The translations under genes were made by a program, and so were the position numbers. Below the pieces are notes generated by a model. It ran no database searches, had not been told where the DNA came from, and was given only the letters and a program-made list of their open reading frames with translations. A stretch of DNA of 60,087 nt, the filler included, from Platydemus manokwari (taxonomy: Eukaryota): NCBI GenBank assembly GCA_037951405.1. It is 6 parts of 6 records of this genome, joined end to end, with 100 filler letters (N's around TTAATTAATTAA, not from the genome) between each part and the next. Parts side by side here need not be neighbours in the genome. Positions count along the whole stretch, not along the records: positions 10,823 to 19,582 come from JBBMOY011354648.1; positions 19,683 to 29,147 come from JBBMOY011245875.1; 4 more parts are not named here. One strand, given 5' to 3'. Positions 13,001-27,000 of this stretch are shown piece after piece. How positions within the stretch are numbered: position 1 is the stretch's first letter; each line of letters begins with the position of its first letter.

Positions 13001-15097
13001 TGATATCCGTAATTCAATATCAAATATATTGCTGTCATAAATTATTTCTAAGACATGAACCGGGAACCAGCCAACCTACGCATCAAATGTCATTGGAAGC
13101 AATTGACGCTATTGACCAAAAACAGATGCTAGCAACTGCTAGAGCCGCTTCATCAACAACTGAACTATCAAGGTTGGCTCTAAAAAGTCGTTAAAGCATC
13201 AATACTATATTTCTATGATCGATCAAACTCCGACTATAATCTAAGTAGCCAATTTCTCCCAAAGTCTAAGAAAACTATCATAAACATACTACCGTCCTCT
13301 ACAACGACGTTATTACTAATACACGAAGAAACTATGCAACACTACACTATTTCAGCTCCTCTATCATTACCGAAAAGCTTCTTTCTTTTACTACAGTGCC
13401 ACGAGGATAACCAAACCACAATAATTTGACAAAATAATTCGCGCTACCTGCCCCAAATTTCAAAGATGGATACTTCTGAATCAGGCAACCACTTCCTTTT
13501 ATATTTCCCATGCAAACTAAGTGAATTAGTCTAACAACATCATTAGTGAAGTATTGTATTCAAACCGTAGTCTGTGTCTTTAGATTTCTAACTATTTCAA
13601 ACATGGAATTAAGAACATAGATAATTAAGCATCTAACTGACCTAATCAGACTTAGACTTACAAATGCTTCAGACCTAATCAACTACAAATCTACGGATAA
13701 ATGATAAAATTCTGTCTAACAGTAAAGGCATCTCAACAATCTGGTCGATCAAAAGCTCATACCGATTAAAGAAAAAGAAAAAACAAGTCATGGAAGCGAG
13801 CTTTTCAATTAATGACAAATAACTGAAAACCAACAACGTCAATTAGCAATTGCTAATAAGAAATCTAGATAGAATAACCTCCAAGAAGGTGAAGATTTGA
13901 ACTAATCAAATAAAATTTTATGATTAATACGAAATTAATTTAATAATGTGTTAAAGAGACCTAACATCATAGATTTCTGTGCATTTTTCAATTATTTGGA
14001 GATGAAATCAATTTTGCAAATCCTTTGATTCAGTCTGAAATACGTGTGTTTTAGAAATAAGAAATAAAAACATAGACAACGTCAAAGGAATCTCAAGTAA
14101 ATACTAGAAACAGAAATAATAATCACAATTGAAACTGTTTTCATCAACGGACTGATTGGTCGCTACATGAAGAATAATTTCTCAATCATTAATGTCTCGC
14201 TGACACTTGTTGTTGATGTCAGTGATAACCTATGTATGTTTCTCACAACTTGTTGACGCAAAATGCTTATAAAGATGAATATAATATGAAATAATAATTT
14301 CTTAAATATGTCACAGTACAGTGTTGGAATGAATCGATTTAAAGAGATTTTAAAAAATACTAATTCCATTGATTATGACTATTTGTTCATAACAAGAATA
14401 ATGAAAACGTATAAAATTTAACTCAACAAGAAAACAGTCAATTATAAATGCTTAATTTTATCGACAAACTTTCTTAAAAAGAATTTTTCTGCTCAACCAT
14501 CTAGTTGCTCCAATTGAACGAATTCAAATTTAATAAGAGCCTTTTGTTGAGTGAGATGAAATTCCGAAATTACACCTTGGAATCCTTGTTTTAGCACTTT
14601 GAACGTGGTGATCGGCCAATCACAGTGAAGTTAGATAGTAAATTACAATCGGAAAAAAGGGCATAACTACACAAAACACACACCTAGGGATTGACCAATC
14701 TCATTCATGTAAAAACCTAAAAATCCAATAAGAACAAAGAAAGCAAACATCAAATCAAATTGTAGTACATCATGACACAGAGAAATACACACAGATCGCG
14801 AGTATAAAAGCAATGTAAAGATGGACAACTGCCAGTTGGAAGGCAGATTTTGGTGAAAATACTGTGCTTGTATTTTGATTATCGTAGTTGTATATTGATT
14901 AATATACATATTGATTAATTGGGAGTCAGAAGTTTTGTTATTCATTTATAGATAACATTTTAGAGAAACTTGAGATTTTATTTCATTCTTGGCAAAATCA
15001 AAATGATCGATATGTCTATTAAAGATTTAAAGCTGATAAAGCACTGACAATAAAGTAAAAATCAATTCAACACCGTATTTAAGTTTATTGTCTAAAG

Positions 15098-15170
15098 CAG
15101 TGGTTTTTAATCAGGGTTCCGCAGAACCTTAAGGTATACACAGTACACTTTAGGGGTTCCGCAATTTCTA
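15098..15170 (+). mobile_element. One terminus of a hAT (Charlie/Buster-type) DNA transposon
   Basis: CAGTGGTTTTTAA terminus preceded by the 8-mer GTCTAAAG (nnnTAnnn target pattern), followed by subterminal GGGTTCCGCA repeats. The partner end was not found. Confidence 0.6.
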
Positions 15171-15219
15171 AATTAGAATAACCAAATTAACAGTATGTTA
15201 AATTCAATTTCGGAAATCT

Positions 15220-15780
15220 ATTTTATTATTATTATTTCATTATTATTTTTATTATTATTTATTGTTTAAATATACTAAATTTAATATAAAAAAATAAATA
15301 AATGAAATTAAAATTAAAAAAAATCTAATATTTATTAAGCATAAACAAGATCTTCTCGAGGCGGTGGGATAAACCCTCACCTCATTTTATTGTGATTGAT
15401 CCATGATTTTGTATAGGTTTCTTCCTGATTGATGGCATAGAAATTCTTCTAACATCCATAGTTTCCGGCATGTTCCAATTTTGGCCCTTGCAATTGATTT
15501 TTTTGATTTTCTGATTTTTTTGAATGGTGAGAAGATGAGTAGATTGATAATTGTAGACCGAATCGAATAAGTATAAAATCACAAATTTTGAAAGAATTTT
15601 TGAGGATCTCGAATATAAGTTGATACCGATTGGACGTCATTGAGAATAATTATGAATTGCATGGAGTAGAGTGCCGGGGATTGTAGACCATATCTCATTC
15701 GGGGTTACTCTGCCGAATTCCAAAATAGCACTCGCACTTGTCAGGATCATTTGTATGGAGAAGAAGTAAATTTGAAAGAT
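15220..15780 (-). mobile_element. Probable 3' fragment of a LINE with an (AAT)/A-rich tail
   Basis: The minus strand gives decayed PDKCEC...HSTPC (zinc-knuckle-like), a short 3' UTR-like stretch with AATAAA, then an aataaaaataataaaaataataat tail abutting the hAT end. Confidence 0.35.
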
Positions 15781-17454
15781 CACTTTGTTCTAACACTATT
15801 AGGTTTGCTTATATATATAATAAATATTAAACTAAAATAATTTGAAAAATAAACAATCGATTTATTTATTTAAATATTTTAGTTTGTTTATTAAAACTAG
15901 AAATCACAATTTGTAAATAAATTTTCAAATTAGGAAATTATTTAACTGGTATTTCAAAAAATATGAATAACTTTATGAGAATTGTTGTGCTCTACATCAA
16001 ATAGACCCAATCGATTTCATAATATATCTGTGAATACAATCGATTCATTTAATAATCAGAACATATATAAATTTTATATTATCGAATCTCTCGTGAAAGA
16101 TCTTCCAAAATACAATGATAAATGCATTACTTTCAGTTTATATGAGATATGTAATCAATACGATCAGGTAACTCAGCACAAAATTAAAATGTCATACATA
16201 TTGAATCAATATTGGAACAAATTTGAGAAAACGATGTTGAGATTAAAATGCGAACAGTGCAGCTGTCTTAAATTACAATTTATTTTCAAATATTTTTCAT
16301 CACATAAATGTTAAATTAATTCTTGTTTTCAGCTATGCAATTCAGAAGGATCGATTTAAACAAACATTGCTGATCAATATTATTGTGTGTAATCCTTTAC
16401 TTCATAAATTATTTCTCCACAAAAAATATTACAAAATCGAATGATGGTGTTTATATACATCTGTGTGTGTGTTCTTTTAAATATGCTTTGATCCTGAAGA
16501 GAAGTTCCTCTGATTATCGTATAAAATACCACAATTTCAAAAGTAAAATAAATGATCCGATTATCAACTAATAACAACTAATTTTCTTTTTCAAATCACT
16601 TGCATAAGTATTTTTGTTTATAAAATTTATTTGTTAATAATTTAGAGTTATACAAGATAACCATAAATAGAATAGTTTGATTGATTTAGCGTAAGTACGA
16701 TGAATACGAACACTTCGATTTTTTTAATAATACTTTAGTTATCTTACAAAAATGAAACTCGATAAAACAGCCGATGTCAGTCATAACGGTTGTACTTCGT
16801 TGCTGGGTCAGTGCGCTAGTTAACGGTCACTATCTAAATTATAATTTTTAAATAAATTGTTCAAATCACTTTAATCAGCATCATCATGTCTAACTGATTC
16901 AAGTAATCAGTCAGTTTTTTCCTGTACTTTTTGGTGATAATTATTGAATTGATTTTTAATAGTTTGTCACGTTTGGGCTTCATTGATTTTTTTGTTTTAT
17001 TAGCTTAATTCTATTTTATACCACTTTTACTTTAATAAGTCTATATGAGCTCTTGATTAAGGCCACAGGTGTAATCTATCTTATGTTGTGGTTCCTTCAC
17101 TTCGCACAACCCTATTATTTGAAGATAATAGGTGTAGTAATAGTGGTATCTTTTAATTAATTCAACTATCAGTTTCAAGTTATATAACATTTAAAATATT
17201 AACTATACTAATACGAACAATGATTTTATGATCCCTATATAATTAATAACTAAAACCTGATACTACAAATATTTATTAATAATTTACATCAATACAAATC
17301 GATTAACAATGATAAAATAAAAAATTACAAATGGATTTGAAAACCACACTATAGATCAAATTATAACGGACCTTAACAACTCCTGGATAAAGAAACGGTA
17401 AGCTTACTCACACTCGTGATGCAGAACCATTTACCTGTCAAGATGGTTGAGTGA

Positions 17455-17905
17455 AACTCGATAATAAGAGATAAACGATGCAATATATAATATAGATCAG
17501 TATTTTACACGAATGGACATTACTCTGGGGTCTTCCAGTAAAATACCGGACATACATGGAATCCTGTTTTTCTGTACTGAATGACCTTTTGATGTGCATT
17601 GACTGAATTGAAAAATAATGTCCTCTCTCGTATATGACAATCGGTGTGATGTGTAACTGTTTCTTAGATATTGTGACTGATGTCTTATATTGGGAGTGAT
17701 GAATCACTTATAGAAGTTCTCTGCGATTAAATCTAACGCAGTGAATTTATTATTATTTCGATAGAATTTATTCACCGGTGAAAGAAATTTTCTCCGATAA
17801 AATTTATTATATAGATTGTTACAAATAAGACGTTTAACACTGAATAATTTATTTAATACAATTACAATGTTATATACATCATTTTATTAATGGTGATGTA
17901 ATAAC
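17455..17905. repeat. Repeat family B, copy 1 (LTR-like; homologous to 23605-24018), next to the gypsy integrase
   Basis: Shared blocks ataaacgat.caatatataatat..atc.gtattttacacga, gtcttcca, tgtgc.ttga.tgaattg, attgtgactg, aaatctaa...agtgaatttatt. The shadow ORFs 17438..17707 and 23517..23783 are also similar to each other. Confidence 0.8.
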
Positions 17906-17966
17906 GTCTTGGGAGGTTTATTTGGACACCAGTGTTCATATCCTATTCCGTAATTTGTCTTTCTTT

Positions 17967-19582
17967 TTATTCTTTATTAATAGGTCTACCAAAAACTATT
18001 TCTGCATCTAAAAATTGCGTCGATTGTTGTATTGTAGTGTTCATCATAAATTCGATATCAGGCAATAAGTCAACCCAATCTGTGTATTTCTTATCTTGAA
18101 AACTTGTCGTTATTGCGTCACGTATTGTTCGAAATTGTCGCTCGATCAAACCATTGGTGATGTGATGATTAGGACTTGATTGTTGCAATACAATGTGATG
18201 CTTTGTCAAGAGTTCTAAAATAACTTTGGATTCGAAGACTTCCTCTATCTGTATGTTGCGTTTTAAGGGCGCCAAATTTTATAATCCATTTATTTCCCAG
18301 CACCTCTGCTGTTGTTTTCTCATCTTGGTGGGCTACCACTGTTAATGAAATATATTTGCTGAAATGATCAATAATTGCCAAAATGTATTGTTTCCCTGAT
18401 CTTGTTCTATTTAATGGTCCGCAGAAATCGACATACACATCTTTAAATATTTCATTAGAATCTTGATTTATAACATTTTCTTTTGTTTTTCTAGTCCACG
18501 TTTTCCTTCTTTGACATTTTTCACACTTTTCTATTACGCTTCTAACAGTCGCTTCAGTTGCTTGTATTGGAAGATTATTACGTAAAAATTCCCACACCTT
18601 TTTCGTATTTGCAAGGCACAGCTCTTTATGTAATTCAAATATTGTTTCTTTTATTTGTATCCTTTCGATTTCAAATCAAATTCTTCCATGGCTCTTATTT
18701 TCTCTTCGTCCGTTGAATGATATTCGATTGAAACAGAATTGCCCATTCTTCGTTGAGAATGCCGTCTTTAGTTGCGAGTCTTCCTCAAGTTCTTCTTGAT
18801 AATAAGCATTGCCTAAGTCAATCTTGCTGAAAACTTTGGCAACATTTAAAATATCTATCATTTCTTCTACATTTTGAATTGGAAATAAAGGTCGTTTGGT
18901 TATCGCGTTCAAGACTCGAAAATCTAAGCATATTCTTATATCAGATTTATTCTTCTTAGCAATACACACTAATGGAGTGTTCTATGGTGATTCGCACTTT
19001 CGAATTATTCCGGCATTTTCCATTTCTTTAATAATATCGTTGATCTTGATTTCTAAATGTATATACTGTCTACGAGGATTAATTGTTATTGGTGCACCAT
19101 TCGTAACAATTCGATGCTTAAGAAGATCTGTCTTACCTATGTCCCACTTATTTTTCATGAAAATATCTTTATATTCTTCCAAAAGTTTATTTTTTTTCAG
19201 GCCTAATACATTAACATACTCGGAACCTGTTCAATTACCCCCAACATTTTTAACACTCAATTTTATATTAAATTCATTCATCATATCAATACCACATCAT
19301 ATGTGGAGTTATAGTCTCTGTCACATAAAATTTTATTATTTTGGTAATAAAGAATAAAGTACCCAGAATCGTTAAATAGTTTTCATTTGCGCAAGTCACT
19401 TTTATCAAAGATTCACCTATTCTATCAATCATATCTAGCTGTCTAATCATTGATTCACTGATAACATTTATTTTAGCACCTGTATCCAACAAGCAATGCA
19501 ATTTCATACGCTTTTCTAACCAAATCTTAATGCTGGGTCTCCCATTCATAACATCATAAACAATATTCAATTTTTCTTTCTT
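17967..19582 (-). mobile_element. Degenerate Ty3/gypsy LTR-retrotransposon pol (protease, RT N-terminus, integrase), internally deleted
   Basis: Protease LLDTGA. RT: DIGKTDLLKHRIVT, GIIRKCESP*NTPLVC, IRICLDFRVLN, FSKIDLGNAYYQ, KTAFST. Integrase: CEKCQ, VDFCGP, IIDHFSKY, HTDRG, NGLIERQFRTI, EIVFGR. The PR-RT-INT order is gypsy-type; frameshifts and stops are present. Confidence 0.93.
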
Positions 19583-19682
19583 NNNNNNNNNNNNNNNNNN
19601 NNNNNNNNNNNNNNNNNNNNNNNNNNTTAATTAATTAANNNNNNNNNNNNNNNNNNNNNNNNNNNNNNNNNNNNNNNNNNNN
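19583..19682. other. Artificial assembly linker
   Basis: N44-TTAATTAATTAA-N44. Confidence 0.97.
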
Positions 19683-22600
19683 ATAAATCGAAAGATGCTT
19701 TCAATAGTAGATATCTGATTGATACACACAAAATATCTAAGTCTTAATTGAAAATTCAGTTGTATGTAATAAGTATGAATATAATAAACACGAAAATAAA
19801 GACAAATCTTTTATTCGAATACCATAATAATATCAATTGTGAAGTAAGTGAATTTAAAAGATAACATGTTGATCTTTAAAGGATGAAGTAGCCAACAGTT
19901 TACTAATGAAGGAGATAATATCACTCTATCTTGGTATACAAATTTTTGTAAAAACAAACACTGAATTTATGTTGAATCTTGTCTGACAATTGATTAAATA
20001 TTCTCTTTACAGGTAATTTCATCATAAAGTCATTAAAAAAAATTTGATATTGAATAAGTTTACTAATCTGGCATGTAGGTTTTTGAACACGTTCCATCGA
20101 ATAATGTGGATGTTGTCATGGAAACAGTGTTTTTATTACCAGATATAATTATAATCTATTAGTTTCAGATACTATTCTAAAAAATATATAAATCAACGAA
20201 AGGTTGCTCTTAATGAGGGCCGGATTGGTATATGTGATTTTAAAGTTATTTATTTATCGAGTGAAATCAAATTCATTAGCACAATTTTTTTCACTGATAA
20301 TCAAAATAGAATTAACGCAAACAATTACTAAACTGATAGTAAATAGAGTTTGTAATATAATTTGGAAAAAGAAAAGTGAAACGATTTATCTTCTACCCTA
20401 ATTTGAGAAGTTCTGGATTGATCATAGTAAATATAGCTTCGTATATTTTACTTTTATACTGATTTTCACTACCTGTTTTTTGGTTGAGACAGCATTTTAT
20501 AAAATTTTCTCGGTGGAGTACTACTGAGTGACTCACACAAACGCATTTATATGAATTTGACTCCAACTTTCTAAGTAGTATCGATTGTATAGAAAATAAT
20601 ATTTTTATAATTGTTTTCCAACTATCGAAAACCTAAAATAAAAAATTATAATATTTTCAGCAAAATAATACTGAGATAAATTCAATTAAAAATATATTCA
20701 ATCCAATGATGATAACTTTTCCTATTGTCTAAAAAACAGTGTTGTACTGAAAATTTCGTGTATCCTTTAAACAAAAATGCAGGGAAAATGCTCTAATAAT
20801 TTAATATTCCTAGTGATTTGTAAAAGATGTATTAAATTTTAACTAATATTATTGTAGAGTTTTCCTTGCTACTATTTAAATTACTTCTTTATCTGACTGC
20901 TAACAATATTTACTGTTCGTAAGTATGTAATTTAGTCTTTTTTCACGCATTGGTTCTCTATGTTGTAGATTGGACTGAGTGGGAGATGATATTAAGTAGA
21001 AAGTATATATACATTTGATTAAGATTCATCAAAAAGTTCATTTGCACGGCTTTGAACAAAAGTAAAGTAGATAACCGAGTGATTACTTTATGTACTTATT
21101 TAAAATAACTGAAATAGCTTTAGATGATTTCTAATAAGTCGTTTTGATTTGCTTTGAATTGAACTAATAGCCAAAAAAATGCTAACCAGAATGTAAATTC
21201 TTCTACAAAACTAATCTAATTTAAATACAATGTACTGATCCGAACGCTTATACTTATATTATTTTAATTTTTTGTGTTAGTGATCTTATTCATCGTTTTT
21301 TGTTTATCTCTTGTTTATTTCAGTTGGGCTTCGTTTGTTGCCCTAGTTGTTTTTGTTCTGTCTTTGTTTCATTGTATAATTCAGAAGGCTTACATTTATT
21401 AGGTCTACATGCTTTATTTTTTTATAAACTCTCAGGCTTTGTCTCATATACATGTTTATATCTTTAAAAATTTTTTTGTCTATTTAATATATTATTATTT
21501 GTATATCCGTTTGAGTATGTTCCACATCATTTCACTTCGTCCCGAAAATTCATACGACATTGACATAACATTTAAAATATCACTTAAAATAAAGTTGGCT
21601 CAATTATTTAATTTGGGATCCTATTGATTTTTATTAACTTTTTATTAAACTAATCTTGACATTGCACCTGTTACGTTTAATCGTTTCCTTGAGCTCCGAT
21701 GTGATGACCTTTTGTTCTTGTTTCATCTCAGTCATGCACTACTTTGTTTGAAGACAAGAAAGATAGGCTAATGGTGTATTGATTATTATTTCTGTTTTAA
21801 CTTTAATGTTAGCAATACTCGCATGGCTAGAAAGGTGATCAGATGACAATGAAATGATGTTTACAACAAGTGGATTATGATATTTAAGCCTAAAATGGCT
21901 GATAATCGTAAGCCATTCTTGTTTTATTATTGTGTTTATTATTAGATCAATTGTTATACTCCAAAATGACAATCGAAAATTATTGCTGGAAAGTTATGGT
22001 GTATAAACCCATTTATGATATCGGGTTAAAATCGGATACAAGAATGAACTTAGCTCTATAAATATGAATTATAATGAATGGTATAAATTGTGGATGATTT
22101 TACAGGAATTATTCTTTTACTATGACATAGAGTTGGATGATCTTCCATATAAACACTGGGCATAAAACTTTATTTGAATAACTTGGACGCTCTGGATCAC
22201 AGATAAAAAATGGTAATAATGGGTTTGGTGATTGCTTTAATGGTCAATAGTAACTTCGAAGTTCGGGTCATTGTTCTAAATTTTACGGCGCTATTTATAT
22301 TATTTATTATCCTCCATGGAAATTATTGATTATTTTTAATTTTCTAATTTATTTTTCTATTAATTTAATTTTATCGTATGTTGTTTATTCGGGGACATGG
22401 AATTATTTTTTGTAGTTTATTATGAATTAATATAAATAATAATAACTATTAATGTTATTTCGATTACCATTTTTATTCCCAAAAGGTTTTTCTTCTTGGT
22501 TTATTTGTTAATAGTTTTCTATTAAGCTTGATTATTTTCCATTAGGCTTTATTGATTATTAATCATCTATTATGTTCAATTATTTTATATTCTAATTATT

Positions 22601-23604
22601 AATGTTATCATCATTTTTATTGGATTCATACAATCCAAAAATTGTCGTAAAAATATCATAAAATACATTCATTTAAATTTAGAGAACATTTCAGATTCAA
22701 GGTTTGCAGCAAATTCGTTTTCTAAATAGTGCTTAAATCATTATTGGTTCGTCACTCTCGATTAGTTAAATTCCTCTATATTGATGGTTACTGGTTTATC
22801 TAAATCGACAAACTCTTTCTACTAGGTATCATCAATTTTCATGTTTCATGGTTTTCTCTAGCTAAATCTGTGGTAATAGAACTTGCTTCAGCTGGTGTCG
22901 TTGTTTTTTGACTCTGGGTTTATGGCAACGCTTCTTTTTAACATAACTTTCAGATAAGATTTTTATATTTTTTTGACGTATTTCTTCTTTTCTTCGACAT
23001 ATTGGCTTAATTATTTAATTTTTCTTTCTAATTTTTGAGATTCTAGTCACTCTTGAACACTACTTGCCTCTACTATTCGGGAATACTAATTATCCAATTA
23101 AGTTCTCGATCTAATTCTCTAATTTCTGATAAACATCAAAAGTTAGCATAATTTCGTCAGTTTTTATTTATCATTCTAATGCTTTTATTCATAACTGCCT
23201 TTCAGATTTCTGAATTATTGTAATGATTTTCTGCTTTCATTTATTTAATTTGGGTTCAAAATTTTCTCGACTGGTATGGAACCTTCCAAATCTATTACTC
23301 ACATGACTTTTCCTAGTGTTGTTGATAATCACTGCAACTTTTGTTTTGAATTGCAGCTCACTACCAGTTTTCCTCTTGTCATATCTATGATAAATCTATT
23401 AAATAATTTGATGTTGCGTGTGATTTTATATATTTGATGTGTTTTGGGGTTGCACTTAATTTATTTGAATTATCAGTCTCTATATTGATTTTAATTGTGG
23501 ATCAAAGCCGGCTTGATCAGTCTCTGTGAGTTCTGACCAACCCCTTAAGGTACACACTATTAAACCTAAAACCTATTGTTTTTTCTTTCTTCACCTCACT
23601 ATAT

Positions 23605-24018
23605 GGAGATAATAGGAAATAAACGATACAATATATAATATGAATCTGTATTTTACACGATATAATCTTACTTTGGTGTCTTCCAAAAAGATGCTGGGCA
23701 TCTAAAAAATCCCGTCTTTCTGCACTAAATGGTCTTCTAATGTGCGTTGATTGAATTGTGAAAATAGTGACTTCTCCTGACAATCTATTGACGTGTAACT
23801 TATGTGGTAGTGATAATTGTGACTGCTGCCTTAATTTTAGGCTCGCAGATATTCTCTGAATTTAAATCTAATGCTAGTGAATTTATTTTTTATCGATATT
23901 TAAGAGGGTTTTTGCACAAATATTCCGGGAGTTGTTAAAATATAAAAATTCATAATGATTAAAAATTTATACAATAAAAATCAATGTCATGCATTGTTGT
24001 AAAATGTATAGTGTTACA
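23605..24018. repeat. Repeat family B, copy 2 (LTR-like)
   Basis: Homologous to 17455-17905. It ends ...gtgttaca, i.e. starts TGTAAC on the minus strand, a typical LTR terminus. A PBS-like TGGTAGTGAG lies on the minus strand at 23357-23366. Confidence 0.75.
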
Positions 24019-27000
24019 TATAGTTTTTCAATGTGAATTTTTGGTTGTGCTGAATTTGCTTTAGGAGTGGATATTTAAAATTATTAAAAATAATGGTTCT
24101 AGTTTGATGATTGGAAAGAAGAGAGTGCAAATTGTTTATAAATCGATGAAGTCTTCCTATATTTATTTAAGATTTTTATGGCTTATTATTTATAAAATAC
24201 TTTTGGGCTTAATTTGACTTTCACTGGTTCTAACTCTCAGTTCTCTTAAATTTTCTTCCTCTTACTTCAATAGTAAGTATGAGGACTATACTAAAAGTAA
24301 GCTGAAAGTTTAAGGGTCTCGTTTATACTAATTTAAATTTAATGTTACCTAACAGAATATAACCTTGATTATATATTTTTTGCTAAATATAATTAAATAA
24401 TAAATGCTATGCAAGTGGAAATGAATAATCGATCTAACTGTCGAATGTAAGCTAAAACTCGAAGATCAAGATCATTGTAGTGCCAATAAACTTTGTGTAG
24501 AAATAGAAAATACAAGTGTTTGAAAAAATTAAAAATAAACACAAGCATTTTTAGAAACAATCCCAAATGCACAACGAAAGTGGATTACTGGAAACCCGAA
24601 GCAGGCACAGAAGAGATAGAGAGATTAATAATGCAATGGCAATATTAATTGATTATGATAATTAATTGTTGAAAATGTACATGATAATACTAATATAAAA
24701 AATTGTAAACCTCACTCCACTCAAATAGTAAAATCTCCTTTAATAATAAGATTATTGTCAAAAATTTTCTTCGATGAATTGGTAGAAATGAATTCTGAAT
24801 TCCAATAATAATTGATCCAAATGAATGTGCTCTGCGGTTGAAATAGCTAATTATATGTTTATTTCGATGTGTGACTATTGTTGTCTACTTTATTGCCGTT
24901 CTAGTTGTGGGCGGTTAGTTGAAATTTTATATATATTTATATTTATATTTATTTTAACGCGTAGGACATCTCCAATGATCTTTATTTATGCAAATATTTT
25001 GCATTTTTTATTGTTATATAACTTTACTATTTTTATTAATCATCTTTGTTAATTATTTCTATATTTATTTTATTTATCGATTTATTTCTTTTGTCATTAC
25101 ATAAACTCTGTTCTTTTACATAAAATGAAATATATTTCAATAAAACATAATTAAATAAAACAATAAAATATAATATATAATATTATATAATATAATAAAA
25201 TATAATATTATATAATATAATGTTAGATTGTCAAATTTGTTGGCAATTTATATCTGAATTGATTTACCATAATCGCGGCACATTATTTGGGATCTTCTTT
25301 TTGGTTTATTTTTTGAGATTTTTATTTCGAGAGATGAATTGGGTCTATATTCCTACATATGAATCAAAGCATATATGTTGTCCAGTTCAATCATTTGTTA
25401 TTTATTCTCAAATTGTTTATTGATATATTATCAATATTAGTGTGTCTCCAAGCATCATTGTTAATAATTGATAAAACCTTTTTGAAGCGTTTATTATTTT
25501 GAAATCAAAAATTCATTTCCTTTTTTGTTTGGCATTTCAACGCTTATGGGAATCCGAACACTCATCCACCCTTTGTAAAGGCTTATTATTAAATTTTTCT
25601 GTGAATTCAGTTGTTTGATGTAGACATAATTGAAATCATTGGTCGAAATATAATCAATATCATGAATACTAAAATGATATTCAAGACCTAAATAAACAAT
25701 TTTGAATATAAGAATTATTTACATGGATGATCGATTTAAAACTAATGTGTAACTAACACATACTTAACTCATAATAACCCCAAAAGCTCGTTTGGCCTGA
25801 AATCCATATAATAACTAAATAATAACTATTATGAAGGTAAAAAGACCCCTTCAAAACAACTTATTTCAAATAATGATACTGATTAGCATTTTATTTTAAT
25901 CGATAGTTTATTTCTAGGCTTGTTTGACTAAGATCAGGTTAATGCAAACGATCATGATTGTGATGACTGATGTTATCAGTAGACTCGAAATCTTCAAAAT
26001 GCTTGCCGTTATATTGTATATGAGTTATTTCTTATAAATGAGTTGATAATGTTTTGACAATAAATCTGAAATTTCTTTGTTAATCTTTTTATATCTCGAT
26101 ATTTTACGTTAATTTTTGCATTAACTGAATTTGCATGATTTATTTTAGATGTTTATTTTTTAAATCGTTTTTTATATAACAGTTGTTATTTATTTAACTT
26201 TTATTATTTTTCTTTAAATATATATATATCGTAAATTACGGTCTTATTCAATGACCGTGACCATCAATTGTAAATAACCATTTGGTACTTTATTAATATG
26301 AAAAACAGTGCAGACACTATTTTGGTATTTCATGAGTCCGGGACAACAATCTTGTAACTTTTCATATTATCGTACTTATCATATTAAAATAAAAAATATT
26401 AAAAGTATAAAAATTTATAATTTTATAAGATTTTTTTCATAAAATTTTCGCATATAAAAATTGCATGCACTGTTATTAAGAAATGTTTTTTTTCTTGAAA
26501 TCCCAACAAGTATATCAACGTAACCCATCATCCTTATCAGAAATAATTTGTAGAATTGTTAGGTAGTATTATCAAATTATCTAAGATAAATCTTCAACAA
26601 ATTATTTATGATCATAGACCCTTGTTAATAGTGAAGACAGTATATGTTTCTTGGAGAACCAATAAGATTTCGACAGAATTGTACAATAGTCAAGACATAG
26701 TTTCTATTAAGTTACAAACCTCATTAAAATTCATATTTTTTTATTCAATAAACGTTTCTTGAAAACTGATCTCAAATCAATATTGTGAGGAGACAAGCTG
26801 ATCTCAGAACCCGCTTGAATCCTACTCAAACTATCGGAATTTGATATTATCAAATTTAAATTACAAAAACTTCATTTATTGATTCCATAAGGTTATCTCA
26901 AGATATTTTCTGTTATATTTGCCTTTGTTGCTCTTTAGTATTACTTTATTTTGAAGTATTGATGATCATTAAATTAATTTATCTGTTACTGCCTACATTG

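Noticed and set aside
25250-25600. Minus-strand CFDSY motif suggesting a Polinton/adenain protease
   Set aside because: The catalytic His and Cys motifs are not recoverable, and no other Polinton genes are nearby.
26236-26262. ACGGTCTTAT hairpin resembling a flatworm spliced-leader start
   Set aside because: Only about 10 nt match; there is no leader ending in ATG plus donor, and no Sm site.
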